Source: Calcarisporiella thermophila CBS 279.70
Taxonomy: Eukaryota; Fungi; Calcarisporiellomycota
Length of the DNA stretch: 64,000 nt
Direction: 5' to 3'
Assembly (NCBI RefSeq): GCF_041956535.1
Contig: NW_027192203.1
Location: 62,001 to 126,000, forward strand
Of the stretch, positions 24,101 to 35,827 are shown piece after piece (the stretch's first letter is position 1; each line of letters starts with the position of its first letter). The translations under genes were made by a program, and so were the position numbers. The notes beneath the pieces were generated by a model. The model was not told where the DNA came from and searched no databases. It saw nothing but the letters and a program-made list of their open reading frames with translations.

Positions 24101-25929
24101 CCCCCCTTCTCGCGTAGGGAGTGGGCCGATCCCTAGGGCCGCGTACAAAGGAGGGTCTTGGAGGTGTTTTCTTTCGTGCGGTTGATTTTGCTGGCTCATC
24201 CCTCTCGGACCAGTCGGATTCTTCACTGATTGCCTCCCCGTCGCCTCTCCTCGACCGATGGGTTGATTTTGGATAAGAGTCATTCTTCTCCTCTGGCATA
24301 GACTCTTCATCAGAGGTATCGTGGATATGCGCTGCGTTGGAGCGGCGTCTTATTGCCCGTAGCCGGCTCAGCGACTTCCTCCGCTTCTCGTCATCAGCAA
24401 TGCTCTCCTCTTTATGCTGCTGGGCCATGGCAGGATAGGGTTTGTCATCGCTTTTAAATGGATCCTCAAATTCAATTCCGCTATCGGCGGAAGCGTCCTT
24501 GCTTTCGTCGCTGTTCTCCTGACGAAACACGCTTCTTGAAACTAGCGAACTCGATCGGAGAACATCAAGTGAAGCTTTGGATTTGCCGTCACCCTTGTCG
24601 TGCTCAACCTCCTCCGCTAAGGGCGAATGCGGAGGGGGAACTGGATTTCTCGACCCAGTCACGGCGGTAGGAGTGTCTGTTGCTGCGCTCAATTCGGCCA
24701 TTCTCTTCAGATCAATAAAATTGCTGGAACGCTTCATCGGGATGTGTTGCGGCTTGCTCTCGGGACCCTTGGAATCCTTGTTGCTGTCTGCACCCGATTT
24801 GAGAAACACGCTATTCGACACGAGAGAGTTCTGGCGCAGTAATTCGATTCCTCTTATTCGGTTCTTGTCGACCGACCCAGCCGTATTTTCTCTGGGAGTT
24901 CCCTCCGACGTGACAGAGCTTCGGCGCTCTGTAGAGAAAGACAGCGGGGTCCTACCCTCAGATTTTCGAAGAGAGCTGCCCACTTTCACGGGAATCATGG
25001 AAGGAGTGGAGGATTGGGTGGAGGAGGTGGAGAGCTTTCGCTGGCGCGGGAGAGGGATATGGGTGTCCGGCGTCGACGGAATAGGCTTAGTAGGTGCAGA
25101 AGTGGGCGTGCCAGGATGTTTTTCCTGGTCCTTAATAAAGCTGTCCAACATCTGGAGTACTAAATCCTGTCCGCTTCGCCGCCTACCGTTCTCGCCGCCA
25201 CTCGAGGCACTCGAGATGGATGCTTGGTTATTCGAGAGCGAGTTGGAACGAGACCGTTTCTCTTCGCCCGTATCTTTGACCGGAGATCGGCGACCGGCTT
25301 TGCTAGCGATAATAAGCTCGTGCTGTTGTAGCACCATCTGCGTCTCACTATCTAATGCCACGTCCATAGGGGTGAGCCCGAGGTCATTTCTGGTAAACAG
25401 GGAAGCTCCTTTTGCCAGCAGGTGGCGGATAATAGCCTTTTCTCCCAAGAAAGCAGCGAGGTGCAATGTAGTGTTTCCACCTCCCCAACGGTAAAAATTT
25501 AGGTCTCTAGGAGTGGAAGCCTAAGAAGGATGGAGTGTATAAGCACGAATGCCGAATAATAATGCACAAACCCAGGGAAGGGGGGCTCACCTCGATAAGC
25601 ATCTCTATAATGTTTCGTCTTAAAATTATCAAATCTTCTTCTCTTCGATCCTGCTCGGGATCGGGATCCTCTGCGTCCAAACCAACAAGTGCATACTGTA
25701 ATGCGGTCATATTACTGGTGTCCTCTCCAAGCAAACGCACTGCATCCTTTGCCATGGTTGGATCGTATGCTACCGAATCAATACACTGCAAGTTGAGCAT
25801 CTGTGGATTGACTGAGTAGAGATGCTCTATTGCCTCGGCATCTGCATTGTGTATGGCCTCAAACCATTGTAGGTACACGTGGGGAGGAACCACGATGTGG
25901 GCAGCGGATTTTCTTACGCCGCCGGACAT
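21103..25929 (-). CDS. Bud4/Mid2 anillin-like septin organiser with N-terminal ankyrin repeats (multi-exon)
   Basis: N-terminal ankyrin repeats (GNTTLHLAAFLG..LLAKGA..RNDLGLTPMDVA), a long disordered linker, an anillin-homology/C2 region (GRLYIRVLTLEHVTLPLP) and a C-terminal PH domain (SGYMTQMGGDLKYWRRRYYRL...FRLVFANGERIDFYLD...W). Exons join through GT-AG introns. Confidence 0.82.
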
Positions 25930-27078
25930 TTGACTAGGACACTATTTCTATTGAGAGACCGCAACCATGACCGAGTTAGAAAACCACAACACCATGATAG
26001 CAATCAATAAATTATTTACGCGTTATTCCTCGAAAATGGGAATCAGAATACGACATTTACCTAGCCCAGATATTAATTACCCAAAAATATAGGCCCGCTC
26101 TTTTCTCGATTTAGATGAAGATGAGGGGGTTGAGAGGATTAGAGGCTACAAAAACAATTAAGACGGTTGTTAACGCGTGCGCACAGAACGATGAAACCAG
26201 TATTGAAATTTCATAGCCAATCAAAATCGAGATAACAATGCCCGATAAAAATAGTCTCTTTGTTAACTCCAATATTGAAAAAAAAAAAAAGCTATTGAGC
26301 TGGCGAATGATAGTAAGCACTCATCATTGGAAAATCAATATCACCAAAGACTAGGACCATATGAATTAATATAGGTTTAATTTATTGGCCAAACTATAGT
26401 AGGTGGGATATTTTAGCAATAGGACAAGTTTATACTCAACGGCTGAATACTCAAGTAAACTCGATTGCTTCGGAAAAGCTATCAATTTTCTAGCGAGTTC
26501 CTGCGCTCTCTCCACTCAACCTCATCCATCTTCACCATTCTTCATCCGATTCACCGATTATTCTGCCCAGACTCTGATCTTCACTGAAAGCTATGTTGCC
26601 AGCATGAAGTTTGCTAAAAGCTATGGAGGGAGATACATTCTCTCTCGACCCAGGAAAACTTTCGGAATGATCGCGCTATTCAAACTTTGTGGCAATCTAC
26701 TTCGGTCATTTCTACTTAACTACTAATCAGGGAGGAGCGATTCGTATTTGCACTGCTGCGGAGTAAAGCATACCCCATACCCCATACCTCCTCTTTGTGC
26801 TCTCCAGTATATGTAACCCGCTTCTCTTTAACAAGTGCGATCAATCTCCTTGGCACTTCATTTGGCTCGTCGATTGCTGACAGCCGCTTATGAATGCAGA
26901 GGAGAAGGTGACATTGACAAGCGGTCGAAGCTTGCAGTAGAAACACGCCGAGTGCTCACTTCCAAAAAGAGCAAGGTGACTCTTGGGTGAATCATTTCAT
27001 AGGCAAGTTCTCAAGCCAAAAAGTGTCTCGAGACTTGCATTTTTTTTACACGAAAGAATCGATTCTTTCTGAGGATTG

Positions 27079-29990
27079 TGTTGAAACCGGCGGTAGCCAG
27101 TTAAAATGCAGGGATCCGCTTAATTTCAAGCGTAGATGCGACAAGAGCGGTAGCGCGAACACCCCCTTTGCTCTGCGTCGGCTTTCCCACAACTTCTGCC
27201 TCGGCCCTTTCGCCCGTTGGATGGTGCGGAATTTTCTCGCCTGCTACAGCTGGGCCAGAGGGAGCCCAAGAGACCAAGTGGAGCGGGCAAGGTCGCCGAC
27301 AAACATGCCCTTGGTTTAATTTTCACAAAATTGGTCCGCTTCCTCCACAGTTCCTCCAAGTTTCCACAGCCTTTCCGGTGGCTCAACTGGGGGGAATTCA
27401 CCAAAGAATATTCGCCTTTGCCACCAAAAATATAACACTCGTGCGGTACTCCTCCCGGATTCTTCAACTCTCCCTCCTTCCCTCTCTCCCTCATCCCAGT
27501 GACTCGACACCTCATTCTTGCAGGCCAAATGGGCATTTCTCAATCAACCTCCAACATAGCCCCGGTGGCTGGCCGCCTTGCTGGCACAGCCATCCGGAGC
27601 GACTCCAAGAATTCTGGGTGCTGCATGTACTCCAGCGGAGGCATCATGAACAAGGCCGACCTCGGCTGGCTAGAGGCATGGCGGCACCAAGGGAGGCAGC
27701 CTGTGCATGTTTCGGAGCTGGAGGTGGTGGTTCCCGCCGCCAATGCCAATGCGGGAAGCGAGAGATTGACCACCCCAGCGGGGCTGATTGCACGCTGCGC
27801 TTGCAGTGGGACCCCCTTGGTCGAACTACCCAGCGGAGCACAGACACTGACGCACTGGTGCTCGCAGCAGCCTCTGCACTCCATGCAATCCGCCGTCGAG
27901 GAGCTGCGCAGCTTGGGGATCCGTGCCAGTGGAGTGGACACCCTGACTGGAGTGCGCAGGCCGTTGGCGGCGCACGACCGGGCCATATGGCTGCTGGCGG
28001 ACGCTGGTCTGCGGGCGGCCAATGACTGGAGCGCGCGAGAAGATGATTTGAATGATCTACTCCGCGCGGGCCGAACGGACGGATACTCCATCGGGTTGGT
28101 GGTTGGCAGCGACAGCGTGGCGGGCGTGGGCAACTCGCACCTAAAGCGCCCGGCCGTGCTACAGCGTGTGTGCTGCCTTGCCAGTGCCGTGTACGTCACG
28201 AGCCATCAGTCCCAGGTGGTGAACATGTGCAATCGGCTCTCCGTGACCACTTGGGCAGTCATACAGGCGAGCAGACGCATGTTCGTGCTTACGCCGTTCT
28301 CGCGTCAGATGGGCCCAGGAGACCCTAAAGGCCAGTTGACCGTCACCCATGCCGCCATTTGTAAGAGTGGGCGTATCCCGCTGCCGTCGCTGGCCGGACT
28401 GTTAGGGCTGTTAGAGGACTTCGGGCAGCTCTCGCTATCCGCCTTGGAGGCCATTTGGATGCCGCGTTTGCCACTCCTGGGATATGACGAGCTACCGGTG
28501 GCCGAGGAATGGGCGACGTCGGTGTACCGCCTGCAATCCGCCGATCTACTGCTGTGGAGGCGACTCGCTTCGGACGACCACCTTCGCCCCGCCTGCTGGC
28601 TGCCAACCACTCTAACCGAGTACAGTGCGAGTTTCAGCAGACGGGTGAAGGGGCGCGGCACGGGAGCAGGCCTCAAACTCCTGGGCGACGCGCTGCACCT
28701 AGTGCGCCGCCACTTGAGTGCCGTCGGCCACTACGGGCTAACGCAGATAGACGACGAGCTTCTGCTCGAAGTTGTCTTTCGAGGGCGGCTTGGGTCACGC
28801 CCCGCCATCTTCAGGAGCACCATCACCATCCCTGACCCGACCGGTCATCTCGGCGCTGCTATTGTTGGCAACGGCCGCTGTAAGTGGGACTTGGTGGCCG
28901 CTGAGGATGGGCCAAGTGGGCTGCTGCTGGTGACCACGTTCTCAGATGGCACTCAGCACCTGTGCGCCTCTTGGGAGCCAGGAGAGGAGCCTGCGTCGCG
29001 CAGATTGCTGGCCGCGTTGGCAGCGTCGACCCCTAAGCTGTTCTGTTTGACCGGCGTGGCAAAGAAGGGGAGGAGAAAACTCTGGCCAGTCGTGTGATCG
29101 CTTGCTCGCTCGCATACCCAACTACTCCGAGTGCCATCTAGCTGATATGGCTCCAATATCGCACCCGAGTCCTTTCGCACCCGAGATCAAGCGGAATTCG
29201 CGATCTAGACTGGGAATCCGGGAACGATAATATTGGTGACTCAGTTAGGATGGAAAGCTCCCTCCTCTTTCCTCCCCACTTCCAAGGCTGGTGTTTCCGT
29301 GTCAACCATTTCAGAGGTCGTGTGATCATCCTGAACTGATACACTTTTTGTCGTCCATTTCCGGCCAACCTTTGAATACCGCGAATATATATAATGTTGC
29401 TAGGCGTGGGCATCTCCTCGATTTTTTTCGGATCCACCGCTACTCCCACGAGAAATAGAACATGCCCCAAATACTTAAGTTCCCATTGCCCGAGATGGTT
29501 GGGCTTCTCTCGATTCATTTGCAGATTGCTCGGGAGCACTCTTTAGTAAACTCCATGTAAGCTTTCAAGATGTCTTGAAAAATTCCTTGAATACATGTTA
29601 ATAACATCCATGAATACTATCTAGTTTATCCACAATAGTCCGTCTAATGCTCTCTCCATCCTGGAAAGTGAACGGCGCCCGAGTCAGATAGAGCCTCATT
29701 TTCCCTTTTTTTTTTGTCACCAGGACGACGGGAGAAGATTCAGGGCAAAATACAAGACTCAATGATGTTCTGCTCCAGAATCTCCTTAATTCTCCGGCTG
29801 ATTATTTCTTGAGGCTCCCAGTTTGAGCGAGAGGGAGCACATTTAATCGGAAGAGTGTCTCCCGTATCCCTTTCATGCCCCACAACTAGGGTGCGTCCCC
29901 AAGCCTTCGAATATATCTTCATATTCGCTCAGTAGGGCGTCAAGCTACCCCTGTTCAAACTCGTTTTTAAGAAGATTGCACCCACCTTTG
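27079..29990 (-). mobile_element. Decayed Ty3/gypsy (chromovirus-type) LTR retrotransposon interrupted by a foreign ORF
   Basis: Minus-strand RT remnants with stops and frameshifts (GRTLVVGHERDTGDTLPI, SPVVLVTKK, APFTFQ, LKYLGHV, VAVDPKKI, RPLKWLTRK..WKWG). RNase H start (GAIL...VVGYAS) ends at about 29100. Chromodomain-like relic at about 27340-27500 (W*IPPS*ATGKAVETWRNC). Purine tract GAGCAAAGGGGG followed by TGTT at 27161; TGTT...AACA-bounded segment 27079-27161. Confidence 0.85.
27529..29097 (+). CDS. Intact intronless ORF of unknown function embedded antisense in the retrotransposon (candidate captured or endogenous viral gene)
   Basis: More than 520 stop-free codons, GC-rich relative to its flanks, Ala/Leu/Gly/Trp/Cys-rich. 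No recognisable host or retroelement domain. The start codon is uncertain. Confidence 0.7.
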   Translation: MGISQSTSNIAPVAGRLAGTAIRSDSKNSGCCMYSSGGIMNKADLGWLEAWRHQGRQPVHVSELEVVVPAANANAGSERLTTPAGLIARCACSGTPLVELPSGAQTLTHWCSQQPLHSMQSAVEELRSLGIRASGVDTLTGVRRPLAAHDRAIWLLADAGLRAANDWSAREDDLNDLLRAGRTDGYSIGLVVGSDSVAGVGNSHLKRPAVLQRVCCLASAVYVTSHQSQVVNMCNRLSVTTWAVIQASRRMFVLTPFSRQMGPGDPKGQLTVTHAAICKSGRIPLPSLAGLLGLLEDFGQLSLSALEAIWMPRLPLLGYDELPVAEEWATSVYRLQSADLLLWRRLASDDHLRPACWLPTTLTEYSASFSRRVKGRGTGAGLKLLGDALHLVRRHLSAVGHYGLTQIDDELLLEVVFRGRLGSRPAIFRSTITIPDPTGHLGAAIVGNGRCKWDLVAAEDGPSGLLLVTTFSDGTQHLCASWEPGEEPASRRLLAALAASTPKLFCLTGVAKKGRRKLWPVV

Positions 29991-31255
29991 CCAATTCTCT
30001 GACCTATCCCTGGCTCATCAGATCGTTTCCGCCTGGTTTCCACGTCCATCCTCCGCACTTCTACTCGAAATTGGGACCTATACTCTTGAGAAAAACCGTT
30101 CGGACGTGCCTCAGTTGTCTAGACCGGCCTCATGACGTTGATACCACGTGGCTACGTGGCCCAAACGGTATATTCCTACGGCTTTGTATACCATTGCGTC
30201 GCTCCAGTGGTGGGCTACTGCATCGAAAGTGCGAACCGGAATTCCAACCAGAACTTCACTTGGTATACCGTATCAGGGCACCAGTTTATTGTATACTAGA
30301 GAGATCAATCCAAGCGCCTTGCCGCTGGGTCTGACTTTCTACGTGCACTTTATTTTTTGCTATTCTTGATATCGAGGATTATACTTTTGAGGCAGGGTAA
30401 ATATCTAAGTTGGGCTATTTTCACAGTTGAACCCCCACCAACGTTACATGAAGCATTGGAATTGTGGAGGAGACGTGCCATATTTTATAGCAATTAAATA
30501 GCGTTCATTATTGATCTTTTCATTTTTTTTTTATTGAAAACTTATATAAAATAGATGATAAATATTTCAGAATCAAATGAAGAAAGCACTGATACAAAAA
30601 AAAAAAAATTAGATGCGTAATAAAATATAACAGTTAGTAATTATCAAGAAAACAACTATATAAACTATCTTGGATCAAAAACTGGCTATTTATCTCTAGA
30701 AAACGAACATCCTACATCATACTAAAGGATGCGAGAACGTCAAAGGTAATTTGGGTGGGTATTTTTGTTAGAAGAATCTTTATTAAAAAGTATCCTTTTT
30801 GTTCTTAATAAAGGGTATTGATAGAGAACAAGAAATCCATGCAAGAATTGAGGATGTACAGTGAGTGTGTATACCTTTCCTATTTTTTCAAGGAGAGAGG
30901 AAAGTAGAATAGGGGAGGGAGAAAGAAAAATTAGAATACGGATGGTAGGGTATTCGGCAGAATCGTATTGGAGCTAAGTGTGTTGGATGAAGGACATTTC
31001 ATCTCCTTGGGCTTGTATCCAACTTTCTTTACACCAAAGATCTTGGATATCTTCTTTTTATCCTTTATGGATGTGGATCACCATTTGGACCTAACGATTT
31101 TTTGCATCTCGTGTCCAAGTTGTTCAGCGAGTGTAATTTCGCTCGGTTAGGCGATGTCCATTATTCAAAAGGTAGTTCGGGAGGAAAGCCCGAAAAAAGT
31201 GGAAAAATTGGCTGATAAATACAAGTCCCGTTTCGATTATAAGCGGAGTAAGAAA

Positions 31256-31326
31256 GCAACTGTGGTCTAGTGGTAGAATTTCACCCTCCCAAGGTGGAGA
31301 CCCGGGTTCGATTCCCGGCAGTTGCA
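31256..31326 (+). tRNA. tRNA-Gly (CCC)
   Basis: Acceptor stem GCAACTG/CAGTTGC, D-arm with TAGTGGTA, anticodon loop CT-CCC-AA, T-arm CCGGG-TTCGATT-CCCGG, downstream T-run (Pol III terminator). Confidence 0.97.
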
Positions 31327-31646
31327 AGTTATTCCCGTTATTTTTTTTCGCCTTTTCATCTAGACATAACCCACCCTATGTCTTGTCCCAATTCTCTTGT
31401 TTCTTTACCACCATGGGCCGAAGAAAGCGCTTTCATCGTGTTGGAATTTAAGAATCTGGGAGCTGTATGACGTTTTATTACATCCAAAGCATGAGAGGAA
31501 AAGCGAGCATAATTATGAAAAATATATATATACGTTTAAATATGAAAATAAGGATAAAGAAAAAAAGAAAGATGGGTTGATATAGCGATGATGGTGGGAA
31601 GCGGAAAAAGTGATCTGAAGCATTAAATATGGGAAAAGCTTTAAGG

Positions 31647-32468
31647 TTAGGTTGAAAGATGCCACGCCGAATCTACACTATGAATGCGCGAAACTCTTTG
31701 CTGCTGGTTTGGTACGACCAAATGCGGCTCTAAGCGAAATGGGACTGGCACGGGCTGCTCTTGGTGCTGAGAAATGGGATGCGGTTGGAGGTGTTCAAAT
31801 GCAAGATTGGGTACATGGTAATACCCTGCGGGGGGGGGCGGCGGCGGGAAGAAGATCGGCCGCTGGTGGATTAGGGGCATGGAGTTCCTCCGCTCTCCAA
31901 GCTCGTCCTCGTCGCACGTCTCCGCGAAGGTGTGGACGCCTTCTGCCGTCGCCTCGCGGCCAGTCTGAACCTGGGTCCATTCCAGTTCGAAAATCCCTTG
32001 CCCCTCCTTTCCCTCCTCTCCACTGTTGCCCTCGCCATCGCCGCCCTCCGACTTGGGCTTAGCTTTCGCCTTTGCTTTTGCCCGGCGATTCTGGAACCAT
32101 ATCTGGACACTCCTAGGCGACATCTGCAGCTGCTCTGCAAGCTGATTTCGGGTCATCGCGCAGGGCTTCGGATTGGTAGCAAACACCTTCTCAAGGATGC
32201 GCGATTCAGCGCGTGAAGTACGGCGCCGATGGCGGGTCTCGAAGGGATTATAGAATGTAAGATTGAATTCAGAGCTTGATTTGTTCCATCGCGCCCCACT
32301 GCCATTGGTGATTGCGTTGCCGGTGCTGTGGCGGCGCAGAGCAGAAGCCGGCTCCGGGACGAGCGAAGATGGCTGCTGGTCCATGGGAATCATGGCGGCG
32401 GGCGGCGAGAATGCGGTAGATGGGGGCTCGAGGGGATGCGGAATAAGGGGAAGGCTGAAGTAATCCAT
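31647..32468 (-). CDS. Homeodomain transcription factor
   Basis: RHRRRTS...LEKVFATNPKP...RNQLAEQLQMSPRSVQIWFQNRRAKAK. Intronless. Confidence 0.93.
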   Translation of the reverse strand: MDYFSLPLIPHPLEPPSTAFSPPAAMIPMDQQPSSLVPEPASALRRHSTGNAITNGSGARWNKSSSEFNLTFYNPFETRHRRRTSRAESRILEKVFATNPKPCAMTRNQLAEQLQMSPRSVQIWFQNRRAKAKAKAKPKSEGGDGEGNSGEEGKEGQGIFELEWTQVQTGREATAEGVHTFAETCDEDELGERRNSMPLIHQRPIFFPPPPPPAGYYHVPNLAFEHLQPHPISQHQEQPVPVPFRLEPHLVVPNQQQRVSRIHSVDSAWHLST

Positions 32469-33300
32469 GGAAATGGGCAGGACGGGAACAGGGCAGCGGG
32501 GTGGAGGGGAATAGAGGGAAATACAAGCGAGTCGAGGATCAAGTTTTTTTTTTCAGCGAGAATGTTGAACAATCGGCGGAGAACGAAACTGGGGGAAACT
32601 ATAAAACTTGGCACAGGAAATGAGAAGCGATGGCAAACAAATAACCAGCAGGAAAAGCGCGCTCTCCGGGCCCTCTCGCCGCCAGGCCCCCCTGGACTCC
32701 TCGGCTCGCTCCCCTGCTTCCTAGGAATGGGCTCTGGAGCACACAACCTCAACTCTATTGCCCCGTATGGCTCGGCGCAAGCCAGCCCCACCCCAATCGA
32801 TCCGCCCACCTGTACACAAGGCAAAACAGTTTGGTACGCGGAGGCAAAATAGAAAAACAAATCTGCGGAGCCCGGCGACCCGGCCAGAGCACCGCGAAGG
32901 GTTCTGCATCCTGAGGCTTGCTCTTCTCCCGAAACCCGTTCGCCGGCCTTGTTCACTAAGCTTCGCGGTCTCTGGAGCGATTATGAGAGAAATCCTTTTT
33001 CCATTGTTTTTATTTTTTTTTTCCTTCTTATATGTTTTTTTTTGTCGCGCGGAAAGCGAGAGAAAGAAAGAAAAAAAAAAGAATATGGCACAAGAAAAAG
33101 GATTATATACATGCAAAATTATAAGTAGGAAAAAAAATAGGGGAAGGGGGGGGAGAGGGAAACAAGGGGAAAAGGGAGAGACACACTACAAAACAGACTT
33201 TTGGCCGTGGAGAGAGCTCTCCACAGCACACACAAGACAGTGAAAAAGTACAAATACTTATATTTTTTGGATTGGCGGGGGCGGCCGAGAGCCAGGGCGC

Positions 33301-34384
33301 TTAGTGGGAAGCCGTCTGGCCGTGGGAATGGTGGAGATGGTAGCGCAGTCCGTTCTGGTTCTGGCAAGAGAGCAAAAGTATCAAAGGTTATGGATCCACT
33401 ACAAAACAGGCGAGCAGGAGATCGGGAAATTTACTTTATATCGCTTCCCACAGTTGCCAATGTTGCAACGGAATCGCTTTGACTCGTCGTCCTCCTCGAC
33501 CTCAGAGCAGTGGCCGTGCTCGTGATGATACTACCAGCAAGCATAGCCCCGGTTAGCGCCCCCGCATGCGCGGCAATGTACCCCTACGAATGGCTTACCT
33601 TTAATCCATTGGCTGTCTTATACACTTTTTTACAGCTCCCGCATTGGTGACGCTGCCTCTCGGCGGTGGGGCGCGAGGCCGACTGCTGAAGATGTTGCTC
33701 CAGTAGCGAGAGCTCATCGCGGCTACGCGCGGCAAGGAGGATGTCGTCCGATAATGCGGTAGAACCAGCTGCCGCAACCAGCAACAGGGTGTTCATGAGA
33801 TCATCATCCTCGCCCAATGGGCCGGGGGCGGGATGCATGCGTTTGGCGATGGGGAAGAAATCCGGATTCGAGTTCGAGTAGGCTCGTTTCCTCGAAAGGG
33901 CGGGCTCATCTTCTGCTTTGCGGCGCGGGAGAAGGACCGGACTGCTGGGGGCGGAGCAGTCCTCGCTCTCCTCATCCTCATCTGGGTAGACTGAGTATTG
34001 CTCATCGTCTTCGTCAAATTTCACGTGAAACTCTTCCCTATAAATAAGCAAGCGTGAGCATTTCCGGGCGACAAGGCAGCGCTTAAGGAGGCGGGCCTAC
34101 CAGTGCTGCAGGAGGTCATGCATGTCGCTCAATTGGATATTGCAACACTGAAAATCCCGGCAGAAAGACGCCTCCAGTTGCGCGAGCTCCTGCGGGTGGA
34201 AATAGTCTTTGGTGGAGAGGGCATCTTCCTCCTCGTACGGGGTGGGCAGGAACTCGTCGTACCAATTACTGGGCAAAATGCATAAAAAATTAGCCCATCA
34301 CGATGAGGCAAGAGGGATGGCAGGGGGGGGGGAAGCTTACTCGGTACTGGTCCGCGGAAAACTAACTTCGATGGGTGCAGGCAT
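33301..34384 (-). CDS. Sfp1-like split C2H2 zinc-finger transcription factor (5 exons)
   Basis: Spliced protein has the Sfp1 N-terminal motif FCRDFQCCNIQLSDMHDLLQHW|EEFH and fingers CKKVYKTANGLK|YHHEHGHC and CGKRYK|NQNGLRYHLHHSH. Confidence 0.8.
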
Positions 34385-35088
34385 ATTGTGATTTCCGAAT
34401 GATGGCTGCGGGTAGGTCTCCTTGCGTTACGCCTTTATGATGCGCTGCTGAGCGACAGTGGACGGGACTAGCGCGGCCGTGGTAGCCTGAAGATGGCGGG
34501 CAGAGGGAGAGTGTGAAAGAGGAAGAACAAAACGTGAGCCCCCGCCCGCTGCTCTCTCAAATGCTGGCTTTGATCCCCGATTTCCCCATTAGGAAAGGGT
34601 TATTTCAGAATGTCTAGATTCCGCATTGTGCACCCGCGAGTGCGGCGGCGATTGGAGGAGGGCGAAATAGCTGACCTAACGAGGTGCAACAAAGGAAGGC
34701 CATCTCTTCCTCTGAATTTCAAATTCCCCCTTGACACTAGGCTTGACGTTGCGGCCGGAGGCCAATATGAGCTAAGCGGTTGCTTCGGGCCTCGCCATTG
34801 GCGATGGCGGCGGCCCCTCTTTTCAAAGCACTAATCCCGGCCACGAGCATCCCGTCGGGATTCCATTGCCCGTCACTGCATCCAGCTTTTCTCTTCTCTA
34901 GTGACCCCCTTGCGAGGGCCGGCAGATGTATTATTGAGGTTGGATATCCAGCATAGACAAGGATGCAGCATGGCGCATGAAGACAAGGGGAAGCAAAGGA
35001 ATAAGAGGCAAAATAGAGTCATATTATTACAAAAGCAAGTTTCGAAATGTTCTATGTGATTTTAAACTTTCGTCACGCTCCATCTCCC

Positions 35089-35827
35089 CTACTGTGTCGC
35101 CAGAGCAACAGGGATGCGTTTCTCCTGTGGGACAGTGTGACCCTCTATGGGCCCGTCTCTGGGTAGGCCAAGGGCTATTCTAAGCTGCTCGTCGACGTGC
35201 TGGCCCGACGAGCCTTTGCTGTCCGTGGCCGAAAGCGCGGCGGACACCATCAATACGCCAAGGGTCGCAGCCTGAGCAGTCATACGGGCATTAACCATTT
35301 TCTGTGTCATAGTAAGGTTGCTAAAGGATAGATACCCAAGTGGAAAAAAATTGGGAAATGGCAGAGAATGAGTTCAGTCACTTCTACGCCGATCACAAAC
35401 AATTTCTCCCTTACCGTTTAGAAAGAGAATACGCCAAGGATCCAGCAATGGCGACGACCCAGCTTCCGCCCACAAGCGTCCACCGATGTTCCCTCAGAAA
35501 GTCTATTGCTCTCTCTCCATTGCTCTTCTCTACCACCGGTTCTTTTCCGCGCGCATTAACTTGATACGAATACTGATCAAGCTTTGCCCACTGTTGCCTT
35601 TCGAACTCGAGCGATGCCTTATCGGCCGCAATGACCATCCCGGCGATGGAAGCCGAAGAGATAATGAAGGCCCTGAGTGGCAATGTGAAAATCGCCGGAT
35701 TGAGACGCAAAACACGCTGTGCAAAGTAAACACCTCCCGATCCGATCCCTAGCCCTATGATACCGCCCTTGATCCCTCCCCGAACCGTTTGTTCATAGTG
35801 GGCATTAACACGCTCTTGTTGCTGCAT
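35089..35827 (-). CDS. RCF2: Respiratory supercomplex factor Rcf2 (HIG1 domain), 2 exons
   Basis: TLPLRAFII...ADKASLEFE, HRWTLVGGSW, QKMVNARMTAQAATLGVL. Confidence 0.88.

Noticed and set aside
24577-25494. 305-aa plus-strand ORF
   Set aside because: Antisense shadow of the Ser/Pro-rich Bud4 exon.
27540-28676. Reverse-strand ORFs inside the captured ORF suggesting an ambigrammatic narnavirus
   Set aside because: They are fragmented and not codon-aligned with the forward frame, and no RdRp motifs are seen.
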